A stretch of 64,000 nucleotides of DNA from Candidatus Woesearchaeota archaeon (GTDB lineage Archaea > Nanobdellota > Nanobdellia > Pacearchaeales > GW2011-AR1), in the NCBI GenBank assembly GCA_964372205.1, contig CAYJQB010000001.1, forward strand, positions 13,180 to 77,179, written 5' to 3'. The translations under genes were made by a program, and so were the position numbers. Within the stretch, counting starts at the first letter, position 1, and each line of letters starts with the position of its first letter. Positions 16,972-26,400 of the stretch are shown piece by piece. The notes below the pieces were generated by a model. It saw only the letters and a list, made by a program, of their open reading frames with translations. It searched no databases and was not told the origin of the DNA.

Positions 16972-17336
16972 CTTAAAATTTTAACTCCTTCAGCTTTTGG
17001 ATTTTTCTTAATCTCTTCTAATAAATATACTATTTCGGACTTGGTTTTTACAAGTTTATCTTTGGCAGATTCGGAAAACTCAAGGGCACAAACTCTTACT
17101 CTTTTAGTAACCTCGCCAAGACCTAACACCTTACCGGGAATTACTAACGTGTCCCCCTCAGAGGAATTTTCATCTATCTCTTTTAGGTTTACTGCAGCAT
17201 AACCTCTTTTCGAACCGGATATTATTTGTGCAATTTTCATCCAGCATTTGTTCTTCTTAGCAAGAATTATAGTTTCCTCTATCACAGGATCCGTCTTTCT
17301 TCTTATTCTCTTGCTTATTTTTGTTTTGCTTATCAT
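16968..17336 (-). CDS. rpl18e: 50S ribosomal protein L18e (eL18)
   Basis: Size and basic composition fit L18e, and it sits between the RpoD/tRNA and L13 as in other archaea. Confidence 0.8.
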   Translation of the reverse strand: MISKTKISKRIRRKTDPVIEETIILAKKNKCWMKIAQIISGSKRGYAAVNLKEIDENSSEGDTLVIPGKVLGLGEVTKRVRVCALEFSESAKDKLVKTKSEIVYLLEEIKKNPKAEGVKILR

Positions 17337-17352
17337 TTTTCAATATGACTTA

Positions 17353-17436
17353 TGCGGGGAGAAGGATTCGAACCTTCGCAGGCACTAAGCCAACACGGCC
17401 TTAACGTGTCCCGTTTGACCGCTCCGGCATCCCCAC
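17353..17436 (-). tRNA. tRNA-Leu, class II; the anticodon loop reads TTAAGGC (anticodon AAG as read)
   Basis: By manual folding of the reverse-complement, the acceptor stem is GUGGGGA/UCCCCGC with discriminator A. The anticodon stem ACACG/CGTGT is perfect. It has a long variable arm and a GGTTCGAATCC T-arm. Confidence 0.7.
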
Positions 17437-17444
17437 GCGATTGA

Positions 17445-18140
17445 TTACTTAAGCGACTTTTCAATCTCGCTCAAATTGCCTTGTAAGGCCTCAATAGCAC
17501 TATTCAAAATTTCCTTGGCGCTAATCTGCCCAAAGGACTCAATTATTAATAGCATTTCATCTGATGACTTTGTTGCTTCCTTGTCAATCTTAGATATCTC
17601 TTCTTCCTCAACTTCCTTAAGGTCAACAATCCATGAGCTTCCCTTCTTCTCTTTAACCAAACCTTTACAATGCTCGATTATTTCAGCAACTTTCGAATTA
17701 GAAGATTTAACCTCAGAAAGATGTCTATAATAGAATAACCCTGGAACATATTTCGAGTGATTGATGGCTTTTCCTAATTTTGCGGTTCCAACAATTTCAA
17801 TATCCTGCCCCTTTTCAAGATTCGTTATAGGGATATTATCATAAACAACTTCTGCATCTCCCTTCAAATCTCCAGAGTATACAGTGCCTGGTCCAGATTT
17901 TTTCAAACTTAACTGGATTTCACTTTTATCACTCATTTTTTTATTTGTCTTTAAAGGCACCAATCCAATTCTCAATGCTATAATCTCATCATAGAGTGCT
18001 GAATCATTCTTGAAAAATTCAACTTCATCAATTGCAAGCACTTTCACTTCATCCACACTTCTCCTTATGGCATTTGCCAAGCTTTCATTTGCCTCTGTCC
18101 TCAAAACCAATTTTTCCGGTGTGTCTATAAGAGCTTTCAT
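17445..18140 (-). CDS. rpoD: DNA-directed RNA polymerase subunit D (Rpo3)
   Basis: Conserved position downstream of S13-S4-S11; it has an alpha-subunit-like N-terminus. Confidence 0.8.
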   Translation of the reverse strand: MKALIDTPEKLVLRTEANESLANAIRRSVDEVKVLAIDEVEFFKNDSALYDEIIALRIGLVPLKTNKKMSDKSEIQLSLKKSGPGTVYSGDLKGDAEVVYDNIPITNLEKGQDIEIVGTAKLGKAINHSKYVPGLFYYRHLSEVKSSNSKVAEIIEHCKGLVKEKKGSSWIVDLKEVEEEEISKIDKEATKSSDEMLLIIESFGQISAKEILNSAIEALQGNLSEIEKSLK

Positions 18141-18164
18141 TTTAATCTATAAAAAAGAGTTCTT

Positions 18165-18656
18165 TTAAACTCTTCTGCCTCTCTTACCTCCTTTCTTCTT
18201 CGGTCCACCTCTAGGAATTTTTGTGGTATCAAGTATACTGATAATTTTGAAACCTTCTTTTCCTAGAGTCTTTACCGCCGCATGGGCTCCAGGCCCCATT
18301 CCAGCACTATTAGTTTTTGTTCTCATTCTTACATATAAGCTTGTTATTCCCACATCTTTCGCTCTTTCAGCAGCATTCTTTGCAACAAACATTGCGGTAG
18401 TAGGATTAGCTTTCAATCTATCGTGTTTCGTGACCATTCCTCCAGAGACTCGTGATATAGTGTTTCCAACAAGGTCAGTTATATGGACTATAGTATTGTT
18501 GTAGGTGCTAAAGATATAAGCAATTCCGGCTCGCTCATCTGAAGTTTTCTTCTCCCTTGTTTCTCTAACGGGCCCTTGTTCTTCTTCCACTTTCACTTCC
18601 TGAACGTCTTCAATATTCATCTCCTGTTCTTCTTCCACTTTCACTTCCTCACTCAT
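18165..18656 (-). CDS. rps11: 30S ribosomal protein S11 (uS11) with an acidic N-terminal repeat extension
   Basis: The core HITDLVGNT...GMGPGAHAA is the S11 signature. The N-terminus carries a duplicated EEVKVEEEQ, encoded by a 24-bp direct repeat. Confidence 0.9.
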   Translation of the reverse strand: MSEEVKVEEEQEMNIEDVQEVKVEEEQGPVRETREKKTSDERAGIAYIFSTYNNTIVHITDLVGNTISRVSGGMVTKHDRLKANPTTAMFVAKNAAERAKDVGITSLYVRMRTKTNSAGMGPGAHAAVKTLGKEGFKIISILDTTKIPRGGPKKKGGKRGRRV

Positions 18657-19164
18657 TTGTCACCTCACTTTCTTCACTAGTTTCTTCTGCTTGAACTTTT
18701 ACCTTGGGTGCAACAACCTTTCTCTGTTTAATTTTGATTTCATTCTCTTCCTGAGCGCTAACAAGATAACTTGGAGAGTTCATCATCTTGTCACCAACAA
18801 GCACCTTTTTATGGACTATCATCTGTCTTGCATGATCAGGAGTATTTGCAAGACCTTTGTGGTACACTACAGTGGATAATCTCCTCTTCAATAGGTCTTC
18901 AACATTAAGAGCCAGAACTTCCGCGATTGAGTTCACCTTAAGTCCAGACTTATGAAGGTTACTTAAAAAAATCTGTTGATCTTCAGTACTTGCAGTGATA
19001 AGCTCTTTAGCTCTAGTTCTGAAATATTTTATCTTGGATTCCGTCTTCCAAATTTCTCTTTTATTTTTCAATCCATATTGAGAGACAATTTTATTTTCAG
19101 AGTCAATCCTAGGTTTGTCATATAGTTTTTTTGGCCAATCAAATTTTTTCTTTTTTCTTATCAT
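18649..19164 (-). CDS. rps4: 30S ribosomal protein S4 (uS4)
   Basis: An S4 domain (RRLSTVVYHKGLANTPDHARQMIVHKKVLV), in conserved order. Confidence 0.9.
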   Translation of the reverse strand: MIRKKKKFDWPKKLYDKPRIDSENKIVSQYGLKNKREIWKTESKIKYFRTRAKELITASTEDQQIFLSNLHKSGLKVNSIAEVLALNVEDLLKRRLSTVVYHKGLANTPDHARQMIVHKKVLVGDKMMNSPSYLVSAQEENEIKIKQRKVVAPKVKVQAEETSEESEVTNE

Positions 19165-19641
19165 TTAACTTTTCTTACCTGCCTTAGGTTTTTTAACTCC
19201 AACAGCTCTACCTCCTTTTCTAAAGTGACTTCTAGTTTTCTGACCTCTAGTAGGAAGTCCGAAGGCATGCCTCATTCCCCTATAGCTCTTTATTTTTTTC
19301 AGTCTTTTTATGTCAAACTCTTTTCGCATATCTAAGTCTACAGCAGTAAGGTGCCTTACTCCTCCAGTATCATAGTCGGATCTTCTGTTAACCAGGAAAA
19401 CAGGTAAGTCTGCATTTTGCAAGAACTTTTCAATTTTTTCTATTTCAGCCTTAGACAACTCTCCAATTCTCTTATCCTTGTCAAGCCCAAGTTTCAAACA
19501 AGTTGCTTTAGACACTGCCCAAGAAACACCTTTTATTTTTGTTAATCCTGGATAAAGTTTTTTGTTTCCAGAGATGTCTCTACCAAGAATTCTTATAAGG
19601 GATTCTCCTTTTTCTACAAGTTGAGTTTTTTTGTCTGCCAT
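19165..19641 (-). CDS. rps13: 30S ribosomal protein S13 (uS13)
   Basis: ILGRDISGNKKLYPGLTKIKGV...GLPTRGQKTRS matches S13. Confidence 0.9.
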   Translation of the reverse strand: MADKKTQLVEKGESLIRILGRDISGNKKLYPGLTKIKGVSWAVSKATCLKLGLDKDKRIGELSKAEIEKIEKFLQNADLPVFLVNRRSDYDTGGVRHLTAVDLDMRKEFDIKRLKKIKSYRGMRHAFGLPTRGQKTRSHFRKGGRAVGVKKPKAGKKS

Positions 19642-19642
19642 T

Positions 19643-20182
19643 TTATCTTACAAACAGAATTTGCCTTGGGTTTTCAGTTATCTCTTCCCAAATCCTTTTT
19701 TCTATAGCCTTTTTTGGATCAGGTAATCCAGCCACCCTTTGCCTGATATCTTCGAACGATTCGAAAGGTTTACTTTCCCGTTCTTTTACGATATCATTGG
19801 TGTGCTTTTTTCCAAATCCAGGCAAGAGTTCAAGTTGGTGCAATCTGGTATTTATTGCTTGGGCAGAATTAAAGAAATCTACAAATTTCTTCTCCTGCTC
19901 CGCAACCATTTTGTCTATGAACTCTCTCAGTTGGATCTTAGCAGTTTCCGTTAACTTCTCTGGAAGTAATCTTCCACGGATGAAGTATACTTTATCTCTC
20001 TTGTTCGGGCCTATATAAACTTTTTCCTGCAGCACGAATGCAGCCCCTCTGCTAGGAACTATTTCCAATAAAGAAAGATGTTTTTCACCAATAGTTTGTA
20101 CTATGGGATTCATTCTTCCTTCTAAAGGATAACCATGAGGTAGGTAATCTAAAACTATTGCATATTCGTCTCTTTCTTTCAT
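19643..20182 (-). CDS. DUF655-like helix-hairpin-helix nucleic-acid-binding protein
   Basis: An HhH motif (LLPGFGKKHTNDIV), with the conserved archaeal neighbourhood L21e-RpoF-DUF655. Confidence 0.55.
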   Translation of the reverse strand: MKERDEYAIVLDYLPHGYPLEGRMNPIVQTIGEKHLSLLEIVPSRGAAFVLQEKVYIGPNKRDKVYFIRGRLLPEKLTETAKIQLREFIDKMVAEQEKKFVDFFNSAQAINTRLHQLELLPGFGKKHTNDIVKERESKPFESFEDIRQRVAGLPDPKKAIEKRIWEEITENPRQILFVR

Positions 20183-20184
20183 CT

Positions 20185-20484
20185 TCAGTACTTCCTGACA
20201 ATCTCCAACAGAGCATTTATCTCCTCCTCATTAAGTGAAACATCATTGAATACTTTGTTTATGTCTTCTGCGTCTTTCGGCAAAAGGTCCACAACCTTTA
20301 CAATGTGTTCATTTTTTATTTTCAGATTATTAAGACTCCTTATCTCTTCACTCATACTAAGAGCTTTTTCTTTAGAAAGTTTACAATATTTTTTTAAGTA
20401 ATCTTCTAGATTTTTCTTTTCTTCAATACCCTTAACTATCTCTCTAACTTCTGCCAAAGTGACTGGTTGCATATCTAATATCAT
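20185..20484 (-). CDS. rpoF: DNA-directed RNA polymerase subunit F (Rpo4)
   Basis: About 100 aa, helical and acidic, sitting directly downstream of L21e as in other archaea. Confidence 0.55.
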   Translation of the reverse strand: MILDMQPVTLAEVREIVKGIEEKKNLEDYLKKYCKLSKEKALSMSEEIRSLNNLKIKNEHIVKVVDLLPKDAEDINKVFNDVSLNEEEINALLEIVRKY

Positions 20485-20738
20485 TTATCTATTCTCCTTA
20501 AGTGAACTGGCTTCACCATGAACTGTTTCCTACTATCAAAATCCTTTACCTCTACTACATAGGCTCTACCTCTTTTCTCAACTACCTTTCCAGTTCTTCC
20601 TTGCATCCTTTTAGGAAATCCAGGACTCTGAACTCCCAAATCCATGACTAGAGCAACCTGGTCTCCACTAACAAATCTTTGAAAATACTTGCTAAAGGAT
20701 ACCTTTCCTTTCTGTCTGATTCTTTTTCTTTTTAACAT
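20481..20738 (-). CDS. rpl21e: 50S ribosomal protein L21e (eL21)
   Basis: MLKRKRIRQKGKVSFSKYFQ...RMQGRTGKVVEKRGRAYVVEV matches L21e. The ORF-track N-terminus is trimmed to the internal Met at 20738. Confidence 0.8.
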   Translation of the reverse strand: MLKRKRIRQKGKVSFSKYFQRFVSGDQVALVMDLGVQSPGFPKRMQGRTGKVVEKRGRAYVVEVKDFDSRKQFMVKPVHLRRIDK

Positions 20739-20793
20739 AGTATATCTATGATTACCTAAAAATAGTAGTTTAAAAAGCTTGCTACCCGCGTCA

Positions 20794-20961
20794 AATACTG
20801 ACGCTTCCTTGATGCAAGTCCCCACTGTCTTTGGCAGATTGCATGTTTTGCTTTATAGCTGAGAACATTTTAGGCCCCCATACACCATGACCACATCTTT
20901 CACACACATCCACTACACTGTCAGGAGAAATCTCACTGGAACAATAAATGCATTTTTTCAT
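20794..20961 (-). CDS. Small zinc-ribbon protein (55 aa), not in the ORF track
   Basis: MKKCIYCSSEISPDSVVDVCERCGHGVWGPKMF... has two CxxC pairs. It fills the gap between L21e and the ABC permease. Confidence 0.4.
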
Positions 20962-21029
20962 TATACCCTCTTTTCAATTAGAAGGTTCTATGAGGGAGAG
21001 GTTTATAAATTTTTGTTTGATTTTTAACT

Positions 21030-22241
21030 TTATTCGTACCTCAAGGCGTCTACAGGATTTATTTTAGAAGCTCTTATGGCAGGAAGGGTGCCAGATACAG
21101 CTCCAGCCAAAAAAGCGAAAGCCAAAAGACCTGCAAACAATGAAGCAGGGGTTACTGCTCTGAGAAGCTCCGTTCCTAATTGGTTTATTGCTATGAGCTC
21201 TATAGATTTACTTATAATTAAACCCAAAGTTATTCCAATAAGCCCCCCTACAACTCCCAAAAATCCGGACTCGATGACAAAGATGAGTGCAATGTCACTA
21301 TTCTTTGCACCAACTGCTTTCATCACCCCTATTTCTTTTGTCCTCTCCAACACAGAGGTATACATTGTATTCGCAATACCAATTCCGCCAACGACAAGTG
21401 AAATCCCTGCTACTCCTAAAAGAAAGGCAGTGATTACATTCAATATAACTCCAAAACTCTCAAGCAACTGATCTGGCGTTAGTAAGCTAAAATCTCTTGA
21501 GTCTTCATCAACATTTCTACTTTTGTCAAGAGCCTTTTCAATTCTATCACTAACTTCCTCAACATCTTCACCAGCTTCAACCTGCACAATAATTGTATCT
21601 ATCCGATTTGTATCTGGAAATAGCTTCTTGAAATCTGTTTCAGACATATAAATCAGTCTGTCATCTCCCGGATTTCCAATTGGTTGAAGAATAGTTTTCA
21701 CTCTAAACTCCATTTCATTAATTGTCAGGGTGTCTCTATCATTTACAGATTTTCTGAAGAGATTATTGTATTTGTAATGGCTTCCAACCATAATTTCTCC
21801 AGTATCTCCTTCTTCAAGAAATTGTCCTTCATCTATCTTATAAGCTCCAGATTCAAGAAAAACACTTGACTGATCAAGGGGAAATCCAACTACAGAAAAG
21901 TATCTTTTTCCATCAGCAAACTCTATCTCTCCAGTCGCTGCAACCCAATAAGTATAATCTTCAACTCCAATCACTTTTTCAACAACATTAACGTCTTCAA
22001 TAGTTAGCTGTGTCGCACCTCCGGTTCCGGGACCAGCTAGTTGTCCTCTAGGTTGTATGAATATTTTGTCTGTGCCGAGCAGTCTGAATTGTTCTTCAAC
22101 CGCGCTCTCCAATCCTAATGAAAGACTAATCAGAACAAAGATTGTGGCTATAGAAATGAATATTCCTAAAACTGTAAGCCAGCTTCTCAATTTTCTATGA
22201 GATATATTTCTCAATGCAAGTTTAAAATAATCTTTAATCAT
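21030..22241 (-). CDS. ABC transporter permease, FtsX/MacB family
   Basis: An N-terminal transmembrane segment, a large extracytoplasmic domain and a C-terminal FtsX four-helix region. It is in tandem with a paralog. Confidence 0.8.
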   Translation of the reverse strand: MIKDYFKLALRNISHRKLRSWLTVLGIFISIATIFVLISLSLGLESAVEEQFRLLGTDKIFIQPRGQLAGPGTGGATQLTIEDVNVVEKVIGVEDYTYWVAATGEIEFADGKRYFSVVGFPLDQSSVFLESGAYKIDEGQFLEEGDTGEIMVGSHYKYNNLFRKSVNDRDTLTINEMEFRVKTILQPIGNPGDDRLIYMSETDFKKLFPDTNRIDTIIVQVEAGEDVEEVSDRIEKALDKSRNVDEDSRDFSLLTPDQLLESFGVILNVITAFLLGVAGISLVVGGIGIANTMYTSVLERTKEIGVMKAVGAKNSDIALIFVIESGFLGVVGGLIGITLGLIISKSIELIAINQLGTELLRAVTPASLFAGLLAFAFLAGAVSGTLPAIRASKINPVDALRYE

Positions 22242-23455
22242 TTTCTTAAAGCCTCCACAGGATTTAGTCTAGATGCTTGCAAAGCTGGAATTATCCCCGC
22301 AAGCATTCCGACGAGAAAAGAGAAAGAGATAGCTCCAAGAAGAAGAGGAACTGATAAAGTCACCCCCAAATCAACTCCTCCTAAAAAATTACTTGCAATA
22401 GAAGATATTCCTAATGCAATCCCAATACCAATAACCGCCCCCACGATTCCTCCTATTAGTCCGAGAAAAGCAGACTCTATAAAAAATATAAGCAGGATGT
22501 CAGAATTTCTAGCCCCTATTGCTTTCATGACTCCAATACTTTTTGTCCTCTCCAACACAGAGGTATACATTGTATTTGCAATACCAATTCCGCCTATTAA
22601 CAGGGCAATTCCTGCAATTCCTGCAACTACTAAGTTTATTATGTCCAGTATAGTATTTATTCCCGAAATGCTTTGTAATGGAGTCTGAACAGAAAAGTCT
22701 TCCTCACCTTCATCTAAATCCCTATCCTGTCTTAATTTTCTTTCAATGTTTTCTGCAACTCTTTCAATCTCATCCGCGTTTTCAACCTGCACAACAATTA
22801 AGTCGATTTCATTTTCAATATCGAGAATTCTCTCCAAATCACTTTCTAACATAAAAAGAGTGGTGTCAACAAAAAAACTTCCTGTGGGCTCAAGAATTCC
22901 TGCAACTTCAAAAGTTTCTCCTTGAATGTCTATTTCACTCCCCACAACTATCTCTTCGCCAAATTCTTCTTCTGTTGTAAAGCTACTACCCAGAACAACC
23001 TTTCTTCTGTCAGAAGGCTCAACTAGTCTTCCTTTTTCAGTTTCTCCGTTCAAGGCATCATAGACTACTTCCAGTTTCTCATCATCCTGTGGCAAGCTAG
23101 CCACACCCTTGAATTTTGCAATATCATCAACTTCTACTCTAACAACTCTTATGTGTCTAGCAATGGTGAACTCTACCCCTGCTACAGAATCAATAAGCTC
23201 CAAATCATAGTCATTAAGCTTTTTTACAACAGTGCTTCCAGGAGGGCCGAAACCAGTCCCTGCATTTTCAATCACAAGCTTATCTGGGTCGAGAGTTCCA
23301 AACTGTCCAGTGATTGTCTGTTGCAAACCCTGTCCAAGAGATATTAATGATACTACTGCTGCAATTCCAATAACTATCCCTAAAACAGTGAGCCAGCTTC
23401 TCAATCCTCTATGTCTTAAGTTTTGGAAAGCTAGAAAAAAATAATCTTTCAGCAT
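22238..23455 (-). CDS. ABC transporter permease, FtsX/MacB family (paralog)
   Basis: Same architecture as the downstream permease. Its 4-bp overlap with that permease indicates translational coupling. Confidence 0.8.
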   Translation of the reverse strand: MLKDYFFLAFQNLRHRGLRSWLTVLGIVIGIAAVVSLISLGQGLQQTITGQFGTLDPDKLVIENAGTGFGPPGSTVVKKLNDYDLELIDSVAGVEFTIARHIRVVRVEVDDIAKFKGVASLPQDDEKLEVVYDALNGETEKGRLVEPSDRRKVVLGSSFTTEEEFGEEIVVGSEIDIQGETFEVAGILEPTGSFFVDTTLFMLESDLERILDIENEIDLIVVQVENADEIERVAENIERKLRQDRDLDEGEEDFSVQTPLQSISGINTILDIINLVVAGIAGIALLIGGIGIANTMYTSVLERTKSIGVMKAIGARNSDILLIFFIESAFLGLIGGIVGAVIGIGIALGISSIASNFLGGVDLGVTLSVPLLLGAISFSFLVGMLAGIIPALQASRLNPVEALRK

Positions 23456-23460
23456 GGAGT

Positions 23461-24324
23461 TTAACCTCCTCTGCTCTGTTTAATTCTTCTCCTTTTTCTG
23501 ACGGCGCGCCAGATTATCCAAAGAACAATCAAAACAACAACAAGTCCGATATACAGTAAAGTGTTATTCTTTTGTATAATTCCTAATTCAACAGCCTGAT
23601 TTCTGGAATAAATTGTAACTGGAAGATTAATGTTTTCTTTTATTACTTCATTATCAAAGTTTCTATATTCTACTATCGCTACCAAGTTTGCTTGATTATT
23701 CCTAAAAATAACATCGAAGCTCGCAGTTTCAAAATCATCTGAGTCGACATTCCCTACATAAACTTCATCTTCAGACAAGAGAGTATATCCTTCAGGGAAA
23801 ACTTTTACAAGAACGAACCTAGCATCACTAAATCCTCTATTGACAATTTTTAGATTTAGGACTCCTTCTTCGCCGATTACAGGAGTTTCAGCCGACACCG
23901 AAAATGAAATCTCACTTTCACCCTTAACTCTTATACCAATAGAGCCAGTTCTTTCCTTTCTTTCACCATCAACATAATATGTAAGAGTGTAAGGTATCTT
24001 ATAGTCTCCAGGAACAATGTCATTGGACGCCTTTATCCTAATACTTACTTCTTCATCATCGCCAGAATTCAATTCATCAATTCCCTCTTCAGAACTTCCT
24101 ACAGGAGTAAATGGAAGATCCGTAAAGTCTAATCTTATAGATATATCTTCTACATCATCCTGTAAGATATTCTCAATGTCTAATCTGACTAGACCAGACT
24201 CTCCAGGAACAATCTCTTCTGTAAGGACAGATTGAATTACTACTGCAGAAGCTAAATCGACTCCCATTATCAAAATGATTCCCAAAGCCAAAATTGCTAT
24301 CTTTTTCATAATTTCTTCGACCAA
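23461..24324 (-). CDS. Exported membrane-anchored protein (COG1361-like surface protein associated with the MacB-type transporter)
   Basis: An N-terminal signal/transmembrane segment, a beta-rich acidic ectodomain, and a C-terminal transmembrane segment plus RKRRR tail. It lies between the ATPase and the permeases. Confidence 0.45.
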   Translation of the reverse strand: MVEEIMKKIAILALGIILIMGVDLASAVVIQSVLTEEIVPGESGLVRLDIENILQDDVEDISIRLDFTDLPFTPVGSSEEGIDELNSGDDEEVSIRIKASNDIVPGDYKIPYTLTYYVDGERKERTGSIGIRVKGESEISFSVSAETPVIGEEGVLNLKIVNRGFSDARFVLVKVFPEGYTLLSEDEVYVGNVDSDDFETASFDVIFRNNQANLVAIVEYRNFDNEVIKENINLPVTIYSRNQAVELGIIQKNNTLLYIGLVVVLIVLWIIWRAVRKRRRIKQSRGG

Positions 24325-24370
24325 ATCGAGTTTAAAAATATTTGTATTTTTTAACTAAAAAGTGAATACA

Positions 24371-25084
24371 CTAACTTTTCTTTTTCCACTTTCCATTAAT
24401 TTTTTCCAAAATATTTTCAATTTTACCATCCTTTATTGAATAGATTTTTCTGGCATGTGCCTCAGCTAACTCAGGTTCGTGAGTTATTACAATTATAGTC
24501 TTTCCTTGTTGATTCAGCTTTTCTAAAAAGTCCATAACCATTTCACCAGTTTTCGTATCCAAATTTCCAGTAGGTTCATCTGCAAGAATTATCTCAGGAT
24601 TATTAGCAAGAGCTCTTGCTATTGCCACTCTTTGCTGTTGTCCTCCAGAAAGTTGATTGGGATAGTGCTCCATACGATTTTCAAGCTCAACCAATTTTAA
24701 TAATTCCTCAGCTCTCTTATTTCTAGATTTAATATCTGCTCCCTGAAAGAGCATAGGAAGCATTACATTCTCTTTAGCAGTCAAGTTCTGGATTAAGTTA
24801 AAACTCTGAAAGATGAATCCAATTTTCTTTCCTCTAATTTGGGCAATCTCACTTTCTTCTAATTTTTTAATGTCCTGACCATCAAGATAAATTCTGCCAT
24901 TTGTCGGAAGATCAAGACTTCCAGTCAGATTCATGGCAGTGCTTTTTCCACTTCCAGAAGGTCCCATAATGGCTACAAAGTCCCCTTCCATTATTTCGAC
25001 ATTGATATCATCAAGAGCTTTCACTACATTATCTCCCATTTCATAATATTTTGAAACATCTTCAAGTTTCAGTATTTCAGCCAT
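24371..25084 (-). CDS. ABC transporter ATP-binding protein (MacB/LolD-type)
   Basis: Walker [10 protein letters not shown], signature [15 protein letters not shown] and Walker [12 protein letters not shown]. Confidence 0.9.
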   Translation of the reverse strand: MAEILKLEDVSKYYEMGDNVVKALDDINVEIMEGDFVAIMGPSGSGKSTAMNLTGSLDLPTNGRIYLDGQDIKKLEESEIAQIRGKKIGFIFQSFNLIQNLTAKENVMLPMLFQGADIKSRNKRAEELLKLVELENRMEHYPNQLSGGQQQRVAIARALANNPEIILADEPTGNLDTKTGEMVMDFLEKLNQQGKTIIVITHEPELAEAHARKIYSIKDGKIENILEKINGKWKKKS

Positions 25085-25134
25085 ATTAAACTGGCTACAA
25101 TAAGCTTTAAAAACCTTCTTTCAGCAATAATAAC

Positions 25135-25332
25135 ATGATAATCCCAGTAAGATGTTTTAGTTGCGGAAAGCCCATAGGTCATTTGTGGGAAAAATACAAA
25201 CAAAGACTTGAAGCAGGCGAAGACGCAGGCAAGATTCTAGATGAACTAGGGTTAGAAAGATACTGCTGCAGAGCTTGTATGTTAGGTCATGCAGACATGC
25301 TTCCAGAAGTCAGTAAGTTCAAGAAATCCTAA
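25135..25332 (+). CDS. rpoN: DNA-directed RNA polymerase subunit N (Rpo10)
   Basis: MIIPVRCFSCGKPIG...LGLERYCCRACMLGH is the Rpo10 zinc-binding signature. Confidence 0.85.
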   Translation: MIIPVRCFSCGKPIGHLWEKYKQRLEAGEDAGKILDELGLERYCCRACMLGHADMLPEVSKFKKS

Positions 25333-25333
25333 A

Positions 25334-25570
25334 ATGAATCATTTTGAAATTTATAAAAGAGAATCTACTTCTGAAGGAGGCAGTAGAGCCCTAGCACTTT
25401 CACATTTTAATGCTGGATGCGATGACGAATTTATGAAATGTTCTAGCAGAGAAGAAATTATCGAGAGAGCCGAAGAAATTAGAGTCCAATATGATATTCA
25501 AAAAGGTACGAGAGAATTTAATGTACTGGTAGCAAAGGCATCATCACATGGCTTGAGATATTCAAGATAA
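25334..25570 (+). CDS. Hypothetical protein (about 78 aa from the internal Met)
   Basis: ORF immediately after rpoN; no recognisable motif. Confidence 0.3.
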   Translation: MNHFEIYKRESTSEGGSRALALSHFNAGCDDEFMKCSSREEIIERAEEIRVQYDIQKGTREFNVLVAKASSHGLRYSR

Positions 25571-25576
25571 GTCAGA

Positions 25577-25843
25577 TTAACTCATTTTCCACCTGTTCAA
25601 AAACCCACATTTAGAACATTCAACAGTCTTGTACATTTTTCCAACCCTTATTTTGCCTTTATTATATTTCAAATCAGAATAGCACCTCTTACAGAATCTC
25701 TTTCTGTAATCTTTCAACTTTAGGTTATATGACATCGCAAGCCTTTTCGTCTTTCTGACATTTTTCGAATCAAGCTCTTCGGTTTGCCGAAAAAAACCGT
25801 CTATCCTTTCTTCAGCTTGTTTCTTACTTAACTTATTTTTCAT
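25577..25843 (-). CDS. rnp4: RNase P protein component 4 (Rpp21/Rnp4)
   Basis: A basic protein with a C-terminal zinc ribbon (CKRCYSDL...VECSKCGFLNR) and an N-terminal helical region (AEERIDGFF). The ORF-track start is trimmed to the internal Met. Confidence 0.65.
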   Translation of the reverse strand: MKNKLSKKQAEERIDGFFRQTEELDSKNVRKTKRLAMSYNLKLKDYRKRFCKRCYSDLKYNKGKIRVGKMYKTVECSKCGFLNRWKMS

Positions 25844-26122
25844 AACTGATTTAATCCAATTATATTTAAATAACTCTCTTCTTTCACATCTACAATGTTC
25901 AGGATAATCTCTGAAGGCTTGGTTGAAAGGATAAAACAAGAACGTCAAAGATGGGGGGAAATTTCTGAAGCAAGGAGAATTCTAAGAAGATATGAAAAAG
26001 ACATGGAGGAAGGATTATCAGGCCATTATGATGGATTAAGACTAATTCCTTCAAAAGTTATAGATGCTCAATTATGTTTAACTGTTTCAGGATATAGATT
26101 AAACTTACGATAAAAAAAATGA

Positions 26123-26237
26123 AGAAGACAGCATCTGTGCTTCGCCTCTGTTCGGAGACTAACACACCAGACGTGGCAGGCTTAACTTCTGTGTTCGGAA
26201 AGGGAACAGGTGTTTCCCAACCACTATGGCCGTCTTC
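26123..26237 (-). rRNA. rrf: 5S ribosomal RNA
   Basis: The reverse-complement contains GGCCATAGTGGTTGGGAAACACCTGTTCCCTTTCCGAACACAGAAGTTAAGCC, the universal 5S loop-C/helix-III signature. The terminal helix is GAAGACGGC/GCTGTCTTC. Confidence 0.7.
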
Positions 26238-26315
26238 AGAAATATCCTTTATTTAGAGTATAAAAACCTTTCCAATCAATAACTTTAAAATAAGCTAATC
26301 TCCTATCTTTGGTAA

Positions 26316-26399
26316 GCGGGGATGCCGGAGTGGTCAAACGGGACGGACTCAAGATCCGTTAGCTTAGTGCTTACGAAGGTTCGAATCCTTCTCCCCGCA
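26316..26399 (+). tRNA. tRNA-Leu(CAA), class II
   Basis: By manual folding, the acceptor stem is GCGGGGA/TCCCCGC with discriminator A. The anticodon stem ACGGA/TCCGT flanks loop CTCAAGA. It has a long variable arm. Confidence 0.8.
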
Positions 26400-26400
26400 T

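Noticed and set aside
15292-17436. XerA + tRNA-Leu as an integrase/attachment-site pair of a provirus
   Set aside because: XerA has the chromosomal dif-resolvase architecture. A conserved L18e-L13-S9 operon lies between it and the tRNA, and no att-like direct repeat of the tRNA 3' end was seen. A mobile-element boundary is not supported, although local rearrangement is.
17476-18504. Antisense ORFs inside rpoD and rps11 (17476-17730 and 18223-18504)
   Set aside because: They are opposite-strand frames within highly conserved genes and are chance ORFs.
20481-20825. Extended N-terminus of L21e (MGTCIKEAS...) and similar long N-terminal extensions on Rpp21 and RfbB in the ORF track
   Set aside because: Conserved family N-termini begin at internal Met codons (MLKRKR..., MKNKLSKK..., MKILITGG...). 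The upstream extension of L21e would also overlap the separate zinc-ribbon gene.
25895-26113. 72-aa plus-strand ORF between rnp4 and 5S rRNA
   Set aside because: It overlaps the 5' extension or promoter region of rnp4 and runs up to the 5S gene. It has no RBS or conserved motif, so it was not called.
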